64,000 bases of DNA from a virus (taxonomy: Duplodnaviria; Caudoviricetes), in the IMG/VR virus record IMGVR_UViG_3300017914_001603, positions 1,731-65,730 of that record, one strand, 5' to 3'. Below, piece by piece: positions 27,907-36,700 of this stretch. A program made the position numbers and the translations under genes. The first letter of the stretch is position 1, and every line of letters starts with the position of its first letter. The notes beneath the pieces are model-generated. The model had not been told where the DNA came from. It did not search any database and saw only the letters and a list, made by a program, of their open reading frames with translations.

Positions 27907-30900
27907 TTAAATCTCATCCCCGTTAGCATCTAATGCCCCAACGGACAAATCCCCTATCTTAACCCTTAGTGTTCTGGTTGATCCAGAGATACTGTAGATA
28001 TGTATAAGGTTCGATTTAATGATTGTCTGTCCATCTGTAGTCGCAGAAGTTACGAAATCGTCAGCAGTCACTGTGCCGTCTACCAGCAAATCGCCACGAA
28101 TAACCTTTTCTTGTTTGCTCCAACTGGTGGCACCACGCAACCAGACTGTTTGAGAAGTTGGTGCCGCCGCGTCACCAGCTCCTGGTTCTACTGTATAGAA
28201 CCACGCTTGATCGCCTTGTACCGGTGAACCTGCTTCGGGAGGAGCATAAGTATTCCACGCGGTGTCTGCTTGACCTGAACTGGTTGGTTGAGGACTAGTG
28301 TCAATATTGATCCACCAAGTTCCTGGACCCCTACTACCTTCGCCGCTACTAGCATCTGAAATAATAGGAATCGATTCTTCATCGACAGTAACCCAGTTGC
28401 TATTTTCATCTTGAACCTGCATTTCGAGTTCGATTAATTCGTCGCCTTCCGCTAGGTTATATGTCGCCACTCCATTTACATCATCTGTCAACGCCGAGAA
28501 ACTTCCCGTTGTGCCACTATTGGTAATTCTTGATCTGATTCTTCCGTAATCGCCGCTAGTTGGCGTCTGATTACCGATAACCCTTTGCTGCGACAAAGAC
28601 AAAGAAGGAGGTCTAAACGTCGTTCCATCTGAGTCAAGGACGACTGTATTTGAACTGGTAACAAGGCGATAAACAGTTGCAGGATCGCCGTCTTGCCCGT
28701 CTCTTACTTTAGATAAACTGAATACTGTCGACTTCCCTGCCGCCTCAGTAGATCCACCAACGGTAAAGGTCAATGTTTCTTCATCGACATTCGCCGCCAT
28801 ATCTGTTACTGTTAATGTCTTATTACCATTAGAAAGGGTATATGTGACACCGCTTGAACTTGACGCTGGAGTAACGGAAATATCGGCGCTAGGAACAGAA
28901 AGCGCTGAACTTCCCTTAAATATGTTGAGTGTTGTTGTTGCACCGTTAAATGAGTTTGTATATGGTGTTCCATTTCTTGCAGCAGTGATAGAATGATTTT
29001 CGTTTGTTAAATCAAGCGTAATCGCATCGCTTCCTGCCGATCCAGAAGAACCGTCGCCTGATTTAGAGATAGAATATCTCTTATCAATAAGCAAAGGAGA
29101 AGTTGCACCATTAATCAATGATGCTGGAACTTCAACTTGGAAATCAGCGTATCCTTTTTTCGTCGCCGAGAATCCATTAACGACATATATTCCGGTGTTC
29201 GCGCCTATCTCGACATCAACACCAACCTCAGTGTCGACCGAGAAAGTACAAGATGTTGTGATCTCTGTTGTGCCACGGAATACTTTGAATGTACCGCCTG
29301 CGTCGTCGAAATTGTCCACGAGGTTTCCATCTGAGTCGTAACCTTCAACGTGTGCTTCATTCGTTAGGAATGCGGTGATTGATGTTCCATCTGCTAGACC
29401 ATAGACTGTTACAAAATCTCGTGCTTTTATAACATTATCTTCATACGCTTGAACACGAACGACATATGCTGAGTCGACATTCGGTTCGTCTACATCTGCA
29501 AGCGTGAAGTTGGTGCTACTGCCCTGAACCTGCTTCGGGTCAAAGGAACTGCCACTGCCTTTCTTTATTGCGAAATCGTAAGTTTTGGTTCCAGTAAATG
29601 CTTCGTTCGGTTCAGCAGTAAATGTCAGTGTATCAGTCTCTGTCGATCCGTCTGCTGAGTAACGAATTACCTGACCGTTATTGGGAACGAGTTTAACTGC
29701 TCTTGCATCTACTCCAGGATTACCAACACCAGTTCCGGATGGACCAGTCGAACCTCTGAGCGATTTAGCAATCGTATATTTCTTTTCGATTACCATATCC
29801 GTATTCGAATTTGGAATTAGTGAAGATCCGATATTCGCTTCAAATACTGCCGAACCTGCAAGTGTTGCAAGACTCGCAAAGGCAGCATCTGCATTTGGCG
29901 AAGAATTTAATGCATACACACCGTTGTTGTCGATGGTGACATTGATTCCTGAATTAGAAGGATTGCTAAACGTAACAGCAGGGTCAGTTGTGATGTCGTT
30001 AGTTCCTAGGAATACTTTGAATATGCCGCCCGCATCATTTACTGCTGTTGTGAGAGAACCGGTCGAGTCTGCTGGTTCTACGTGAGATTCGTTCGTCAGG
30101 AATCCAGTGATTCCAAAACCATTGGCAAGACCATAAACAGTCATAATGTCTTGCGCTTTCTCGGCACTGTCCGTACCGTCGGTGTTTTCGTACATCTCAC
30201 ATTTGATTACTTTAACACCTTCTGCTCCAGGTTCATCCACATCTGCTAACGTGAAGTCAGTTAATGGACCATTTTGTTCAACAATCCAAGCATCATCAGG
30301 TGCTGCTGCTGCTTTTACAGACCATTTGTAGGTGAGAGTATTTGCGCCATTCTCTGGAACAGCACGGAATATCAATGTGTCTTCTTCGTTGCCGTCACTA
30401 TCATATCGGACGACCTGACCGTTCAATGGCAAGATTTTAACAGCGCGAGCATTAATGCCGCCAGACTGCTGGTTTTGGTTGATCAAGTCGAGAACATCGT
30501 CTTCTGTCAAACCGCCACCGCCACCACTAACTCCTGTGAGTCCAGAACCATCACCGATAAATGCTGTCGCAACAACCGCACTAGCATTACCGATTACAAG
30601 GTTGTTTCCGGATTGACTGATAGTCTTATTTCCAAGGTTAATCGTTGATCCACTGAGATACAGGTCTTTCCACTTTTGAGTCGGGGATCCAAGGTCATAG
30701 GTAGAATCCAAAGATGGTAGTATGTTGTTAACACCATCTTCTAATATTCCGATTACTTGTGCAGAGTCTACACCCGACCCACCAGATCCTAAATCTGAGT
30801 TATTCGCCAAACGAACCCAGTTTCCAGCATGGGCAAAATATGCTGCTCCAGTATTATGGACGTGCGCGAACATACCATGGTACGTAGAAGCATTCGGGAG

Positions 30901-31413
30901 ATCACCCTCTGCAGCATAGACGTTGCCAAATAAAACTTTGTTTCCACCCATATCAAGGTCTGAACCAGTGACGAGCGAAAGAACTCCAGCAGAATCAATT
31001 CCAGGGTTTTCATTAATCAACTGCAGGACTGCAACTGAATCAAGACCAAAGTCTTGAGCAGAAACATATCCTTTAATTGCAGAAGAAGTGGCAATAGAAC
31101 TATCGAATGTTTCGACTCCACCGCCTGAGTCAACCATTGTCAAAACAGTGACACCAGTGAGGTGATCTGTCAGAGAACCGAATGAAATATTACCGGTCGT
31201 GAGGATATCACCACCCGCAGTAATCTGGTTCGCAACTACTAGGTCGCCAGAAACAACTGCATCATTACCAGAGTCTGTGACATTTCTTGCGATACCGTCT
31301 AGAAGTGCTTCTCTTGTTGCTGTCTTGGTGACACCATTGTCGTTAATGATTAAGAGATCGCTATCCGTTACCGTGGATGAGGTAGGAAGTTGAGAGATTT
31401 TCTTATTTGCCAT
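27907..31413 (-). CDS. Long modular tail fibre (1168 aa)
   Basis: KISQLP N-module, YHGMFAHVH..GAAYFAHAGNW module, YDLGS...KWKDLYL, duplicated ARAVK...FLTNE.HV repeats, J-like C-terminus LRVKIGDL. Confidence 0.8.
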   Translation of the reverse strand: MANKKISQLPTSSTVTDSDLLIINDNGVTKTATREALLDGIARNVTDSGNDAVVSGDLVVANQITAGGDILTTGNISFGSLTDHLTGVTVLTMVDSGGGVETFDSSIATSSAIKGYVSAQDFGLDSVAVLQLINENPGIDSAGVLSLVTGSDLDMGGNKVLFGNVYAAEGDLPNASTYHGMFAHVHNTGAAYFAHAGNWVRLANNSDLGSGGSGVDSAQVIGILEDGVNNILPSLDSTYDLGSPTQKWKDLYLSGSTINLGNKTISQSGNNLVIGNASAVVATAFIGDGSGLTGVSGGGGGLTEDDVLDLINQNQQSGGINARAVKILPLNGQVVRYDSDGNEEDTLIFRAVPENGANTLTYKWSVKAAAAPDDAWIVEQNGPLTDFTLADVDEPGAEGVKVIKCEMYENTDGTDSAEKAQDIMTVYGLANGFGITGFLTNESHVEPADSTGSLTTAVNDAGGIFKVFLGTNDITTDPAVTFSNPSNSGINVTIDNNGVYALNSSPNADAAFASLATLAGSAVFEANIGSSLIPNSNTDMVIEKKYTIAKSLRGSTGPSGTGVGNPGVDARAVKLVPNNGQVIRYSADGSTETDTLTFTAEPNEAFTGTKTYDFAIKKGSGSSFDPKQVQGSSTNFTLADVDEPNVDSAYVVRVQAYEDNVIKARDFVTVYGLADGTSITAFLTNEAHVEGYDSDGNLVDNFDDAGGTFKVFRGTTEITTSCTFSVDTEVGVDVEIGANTGIYVVNGFSATKKGYADFQVEVPASLINGATSPLLIDKRYSISKSGDGSSGSAGSDAITLDLTNENHSITAARNGTPYTNSFNGATTTLNIFKGSSALSVPSADISVTPASSSSGVTYTLSNGNKTLTVTDMAANVDEETLTFTVGGSTEAAGKSTVFSLSKVRDGQDGDPATVYRLVTSSNTVVLDSDGTTFRPPSLSLSQQRVIGNQTPTSGDYGRIRSRITNSGTTGSFSALTDDVNGVATYNLAEGDELIELEMQVQDENSNWVTVDEESIPIISDASSGEGSRGPGTWWINIDTSPQPTSSGQADTAWNTYAPPEAGSPVQGDQAWFYTVEPGAGDAAAPTSQTVWLRGATSWSKQEKVIRGDLLVDGTVTADDFVTSATTDGQTIIKSNLIHIYSISGSTRTLRVKIGDLSVGALDANGDEI

Positions 31414-31446
31414 TTCTTGAATCCCGAAAAATAAAATATATGCAGT

Positions 31447-31454
31447 TATTTATA
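31447..31454 (-). promoter_or_regulatory. T4-type late promoter
   Basis: Exact TATAAATA just after a terminator, upstream of the 1168-aa fibre operon. Confidence 0.8.
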
Positions 31455-31457
31455 CGC

Positions 31458-31482
31458 AAAAAAAGGGAGACCGGTCTCCCTT
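31458..31482 (-). terminator. Intrinsic terminator
   Basis: GGGAGACCGGTCTCCC palindrome followed by a T7 run. Confidence 0.8.
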
Positions 31483-31500
31483 GAATAAAGGTCTAATAAT

Positions 31501-31794
31501 TTAAATAGTGATGACGTCAATTTCAATGGGGATACCTGTAGAAATTCTCAATACACTACCCATAGAAGAATCTCTCCATAACTGCCCTGCATTCAGAGGA
31601 TCTGTCACCGGAAGGTCGTTGAATATAACTGATTGAGTTGTCTCTAAATCAGTTAATGTGACCGGAGATTCAAAGATAGTATTAACAATATTAACAACAT
31701 CAGAAGAGTCTACGCCGACATCGACTGTTTTTGCCATTGGGGTGCCGACAACTATTTTGTCGACAATAGTCTTTTTAATCATTGTATTCCTCAC
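31501..31794 (-). CDS. Small putative virion protein
   Basis: 97-aa ORF in the late operon; GQLWRDSSMGSVLRIS resembles short fibre motifs. Confidence 0.55.
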   Translation of the reverse strand: MRNTMIKKTIVDKIVVGTPMAKTVDVGVDSSDVVNIVNTIFESPVTLTDLETTQSVIFNDLPVTDPLNAGQLWRDSSMGSVLRISTGIPIEIDVITI

Positions 31795-31832
31795 TAATCG
31801 CCGATAAGGACGAAAAATATTCTAAATCAAAT

Positions 31833-32189
31833 TTATCTTGTAACTGAAGGTGTGACCTTAATCAAACCTTCTAAAACCCTTTCAACGATTGTATTCGAAT
31901 CGCTGTCTTGGAACGATATTTCTACATCATAAACATATTTTCTTTTTGCATTTAAAGCATCTGTTTGCTGATTAGTCAAAGAAAGTTGAACGATGCCATC
32001 AGAGGGTGGTTCAGCAATAGAAGCAGAAAATGAAATTTTATCTGAATCGGATGCAGAATAATTCGGTGCCATTTTGGCAGATGCTGTAAATCCTGAGAGA
32101 TTTTTTTTACTCTTGTCTTCATTGATCAACCGCAGTTCAATAACAATGTCAGAACCTTGGTCGATAACTAGTTCTTCATAACGCGCCAT
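31833..32189 (-). CDS. Ig-like virion structural protein (BppU-like)
   Basis: LVIDQGSD, GIVQLSLTNQQTDAL, YVYDVEI, RVLEGLIKVTPSVT motifs. Confidence 0.75.
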   Translation of the reverse strand: MARYEELVIDQGSDIVIELRLINEDKSKKNLSGFTASAKMAPNYSASDSDKISFSASIAEPPSDGIVQLSLTNQQTDALNAKRKYVYDVEISFQDSDSNTIVERVLEGLIKVTPSVTR

Positions 32190-32193
32190 GTTT

Positions 32194-32436
32194 CTATTCC
32201 GAATTACCGTTACTCTTATGTATAAGTTCTCTTAGCAATTGTTTTATTTCAGAAACATCGGATTCAAGGGTGTCGACCTTATTCTTCAGTTTCTTTTCTT
32301 GTAATTGTTTTTGCTTTCTAAGTTCTTTTTGTTCTCGGGCACGTTGGATAGCAGACCTATCGGTGTTAATGATAGCATTTGTCTCCTTATCACGAACGAG
32401 ACCCGAGTGACCTTTCACCGGAACATATCGACTCAT
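32194..32436 (-). CDS. Small coiled-coil protein
   Basis: VKGHSGLVRDKETNAIIN start and C-terminal LESDVSEIKQLLREL, a pattern I recognise from T4-like aquatic phages. Confidence 0.7.
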   Translation of the reverse strand: MSRYVPVKGHSGLVRDKETNAIINTDRSAIQRAREQKELRKQKQLQEKKLKNKVDTLESDVSEIKQLLRELIHKSNGNSE

Positions 32437-32439
32437 ATA

Positions 32440-33708
32440 TTACATCTTAAACCAAATTGAATTTACTGCAAAAATACCGATGCCATTCTCTACCATTCTC
32501 AACAGAGGAGTTGAACCGGTAGGTGAGAATGCTTCTTCGGTCGGTTGCGTTGAAAGTTCTGATCCACCATTGACGATAACACGAGAAGATTCAGCATATG
32601 GAGCAACGCCTTGCCAGATTACTTTAATTTGGTTAGCATTACTTGGACCGTTCCATGTTGAAATATCGACGTACCCATCGCCACTGCCATAGAAATAATA
32701 ATGTTCAGGAGGTCTGCTATACTGCGTGTTAGTAGAAGCACCAGTTCCATCATTCCATGATGCAGCATTGGTCGTGTATCCTAGACCCGTGAGGTCTGCG
32801 CCCAAGACGTTGTTGCCATTCCACGCAGTCGCATTAGTCGATGTCAATGTGTTGTCGCTCGCGAACGACGAGTAAAGAATCCAACCTTCATTGTCAATGT
32901 AGGCGTTCTTCGTTACTCCATTACTATAGAATGTTGTGATTGATCCGCCATAACCGGCAGCAATTGCATCAGAAGATGATGAGAATGGAGGCGTCGGTGT
33001 ACCAGCAGGCTTCGGTCTAATTATTTTAGATGCATAACCTCCACCTAGAGAAGTGCTATAAGCTTCATCGTGACTTCCTGCTGTCACGATTGCAACCCTT
33101 TCTAGTTCATACTCAGCAGTAGTAGTGCCATACATTCTTATGACAGGGAGCATATTTGCTGCGACTGCGGTAGAAATTGAAGTTGTATGAAACACCTGAC
33201 CATTTACAGAATATTCGACCTGACCACTAAAACTGATATACATCCCTGTGGTAAATTCCTGATTAAGGTTTGGTCTTGGGATACTAACGTCAGGACTGCT
33301 TACCCTTCCACCATGATAAACAATAAAGTCTTCTTCTAATGCGTCACGATTTTCAACAGCATATAGGTTTCCGCCGTTCATGAGTCCTGTCCAAAGTGAA
33401 GCGTCAGAGCCAACAACTGGTGATCTCATACGACCCACATAAAAGATACCTTTGCCGAGAAACGACCCTGTCTGATCATAATTTAATGCGTTCTGATAGT
33501 TCAAAGTGATTAATGCTCGGGGAGTATTGAACGTCTCGCCCTGCGGACCAGAAGTCACTTCAGTAACTGCCCCTGGGGGAAGTGCTGCCTGTGAATCTCC
33601 GCTCCAAGCAGAAGCAGGACCAACATTCGTTGAAGGTGTTGCTACTCTGTTCGGTTTGATAAAAGTGGTTGGTGTTCCAACACTCTTGTAAAAATAAGTT
33701 GAAGGCAT
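32440..33708 (-). CDS. Beta-rich putative receptor-binding/decoration protein
   Basis: 422-aa ORF with its own late promoter; two G/S/T/Y-rich beta domains; no firm family assignment. Confidence 0.55.
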   Translation of the reverse strand: MPSTYFYKSVGTPTTFIKPNRVATPSTNVGPASAWSGDSQAALPPGAVTEVTSGPQGETFNTPRALITLNYQNALNYDQTGSFLGKGIFYVGRMRSPVVGSDASLWTGLMNGGNLYAVENRDALEEDFIVYHGGRVSSPDVSIPRPNLNQEFTTGMYISFSGQVEYSVNGQVFHTTSISTAVAANMLPVIRMYGTTTAEYELERVAIVTAGSHDEAYSTSLGGGYASKIIRPKPAGTPTPPFSSSSDAIAAGYGGSITTFYSNGVTKNAYIDNEGWILYSSFASDNTLTSTNATAWNGNNVLGADLTGLGYTTNAASWNDGTGASTNTQYSRPPEHYYFYGSGDGYVDISTWNGPSNANQIKVIWQGVAPYAESSRVIVNGGSELSTQPTEEAFSPTGSTPLLRMVENGIGIFAVNSIWFKM

Positions 33709-33760
33709 TTTATTCTCCGTTGGTTCGTTAATTTGAAGTTTATAACGAAATATGTAACTT

Positions 33761-33768
33761 TATTTATA
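33761..33768 (-). promoter_or_regulatory. T4-type late promoter
   Basis: Exact TATAAATA right after the stop of the 1778-aa gene. Confidence 0.75.
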
Positions 33769-33773
33769 AAACA

Positions 33774-36700
33774 CTAGACGGCACAATATGTAATTCCCAG
33801 ATTACGAATGGTTGGGTGATCTGACGAACCCTTCATAACAATCTTCGCTTGTGCTTGATTAAACGGTTGTAGATTACCACCAGCACCTCCAGGAAGGAAT
33901 CTTGCCTCGCGATAAGTTTGATCGTTATCGTTCGGAATCTGATTCTCAATATTCTGTCTTGTCCACGGTAGATCGTTGATATTCTGATCTGCAGAAGCAG
34001 TCCTGAACCAGAATTCGATATCTGCTCCATCTGGAATATTCACATTGAGTCGAGCATCAATACCAACTGCTGGTTCAGCTAGTGTCACTGGAGTTGTGAT
34101 ATGCTTAGAACCCGCAGTACCACCTTGAGGTTCTGCTTCTGATACCGGATAAATGCTAGGTGTCACATCTGGATTATCCATACAGAAACCTGCCAGAATT
34201 AAAGAAGCACGCTGTAAATCGATAATCGGTGAAACATAATCGTTCGATGTTTTCAGGTCAACTTTAACATAAGAAGAATATATACCTGGACCCAGATCGC
34301 TATCTTCCGAAGAATGATTGTAGATTGCCCTTGGACTATTGAAATCAATATTTTGTTGCGGTGTTACTCGAACATATTGTGCATCTTGGTTGAATCTGGT
34401 GTTTGTTCCAGAAATATACTTACCTGTCGTGAACTTAGCAGACATGTCGATCGACGTGAAGTTAGGAATCACCGACTCGACATAAGCATTAGCGACTGAG
34501 AACACTTTATTCTTTCTAGCAAGGATGCTATCACCGCCAGCGAATCCGGTCGAAGTTGCGGCAGAACCCACGTCAACAACATAACCGTTCAAGTCGGCAG
34601 AGTCTACGACATGCGCTCCATTAATACTTGTGAATGGTATGCCGTTGATATCAGCAAAGCAACTGTCGAGGTATGCTTGGTCGCCAACCTCTAGACCATG
34701 ACAACGCTGAGAGACATAGATTCTAGAAGAACCTGCATTCGTACGAATTGGATTATCATCCAATGAAGTTGCAGGAAGTCTAGCATTTCTGAGAATCAAA
34801 CTACCGCCGCCCAAGTCAAATTTCGCGCGATATAGTTTATACATCAAGTCTTGATCCTTAGATTCTAACCACATCACACCATTTTGTGGCAGGAATAGAG
34901 ATCCAGATGAAAGTTGAGTCGTCACAGTTCTTGCGCTTGATCCCAACACCGATTCCTTAGTTTTCGCACTAAACAAATCATACTCTGTAGATTGAGTTGA
35001 AACGACAATCGCATACTCAGTCCATGGTTGTAGGAACACAGGTTCGTCAAATACGAACGGCGTTTCCCGAAGGTCTGACAGTTGCGGATCTTCTCCTCGC
35101 GGCAGCTCAACTTGGTTCGGATTTAAGAACACTTGAGAATCTGGAACGATTGTTGTTGTAGATGGTTTGCCGTTTTCTACCGGTCGAAGGTGAATCGAGA
35201 TCGGAAGATTACCCGAGTCTTTTGCGCGGAAGAACAAACTGACCTTAGTAAGAACAACACCAAACTGATTGTCGACAACAAAGGTTTGTGCCATCGGATT
35301 CTGAGGAATCGACAGCGGATTAACTCTTGCACCAGCAAATTGATTTTCATTTACGCTGATGTAATCCGAAAGAACCTGAGACATCTGACCCGTAGCATCT
35401 AATCCAGACAATGCCGCGTTCGTCAGAGGAGTAGTTGCTGGACCATATTTACCTGCCAACTTCGGATCAACAAGCGAAACACCAGAAACAGAAACATTGT
35501 TCAAGATATCTCTCGTTTCTTTTGGAGTATAGACACTCATTCGTGAATTGATATAACTCCAAGGGGTGATTGCTTGGTATGCCCTTGTTGAAAGAATATT
35601 GTTGTAACGCTTGCTAAACGCACCGAGTGCAGTGTAGTATGCGAAACATTTGCTATTCGCTTCTGTCCAGTTATTCTCGTTAATATCAAGCAACTTGAAT
35701 TCACGAATACCAGTGCGGAATCTTCTGTAGACTGCTTTCTTCGTTCTTCGCTTACCGTAGCGCGTCATATAATACACAGGTTTGATATTCGGAATGAAGA
35801 ATGATCCGATCACTTCCCCGTTTTCGTCAGAAGTGAGTTCGGTTGTACCATCTGGGTGAGTAGAAACAGAACTTGTGCGGTGCTGGTTTCCGATATCGTC
35901 TGTGCGGTCTGCCCAACGGACAAAGGTTGTTTCTTCACGGCACCACTCTGATACGTTTTGACCGTCAAAGAATGGTGTAAATTTAGTTTTTGGTTTTAGA
36001 CCCTTCGCGTGGAAGTAGATCTTTCTCGAACGCATCCATGGAACCAACGCAAGGTCAACGATTCTACCATTAACGATAGATCGAAGTGTATCCGAAGAAA
36101 CGACGCGAGAAACATACTTGCCGTTTGCCGTATCGGTTGGTAAAGAACTGAACGATGAACTGTACTTTTCACGTCGAAACAGTTCTCTTCTTCTTCTCGC
36201 TTCGGCAGCATTTTTAGGTCTAGAATTATAATCGAACTGATTGTCTTCTGCCCTTCTACCACACCAGTTCCACATCCAGTTATTCCACAGGAATGCTTGC
36301 TGGCGATCGATCTTGCTCGCGCCAGCGATTGCACTTTCTGCTTCTTCCTTAGACTCTTTCCACTCATCCGAAGATGGAGAAAGTTTCAGAGTACCGACAT
36401 TATCGACGATACCGAATGGATTTGGATTAACTGATCTTGAGGCAAGTGGTTGACTTACCCATTGCGCAGAGTCATAACCGAGATAAACTTGATCACCTTG
36501 CTTTGTAATGTTATTTGAAGCAGGGTTCAGCGAAGAATCCCAGACCAAACGGATATTGTCTTCATCTGCTGAAGGTCGAATCAGTCGACTTTCTGGGTCG
36601 ATAGATGCTGAGTAATCTGGGTTGTGAGTATCCGCACCGGATTGATCTTTAAGGTCGTCTACAAACGAACCGCTTTCAATACGCTCGTTGCCATCGCTGT

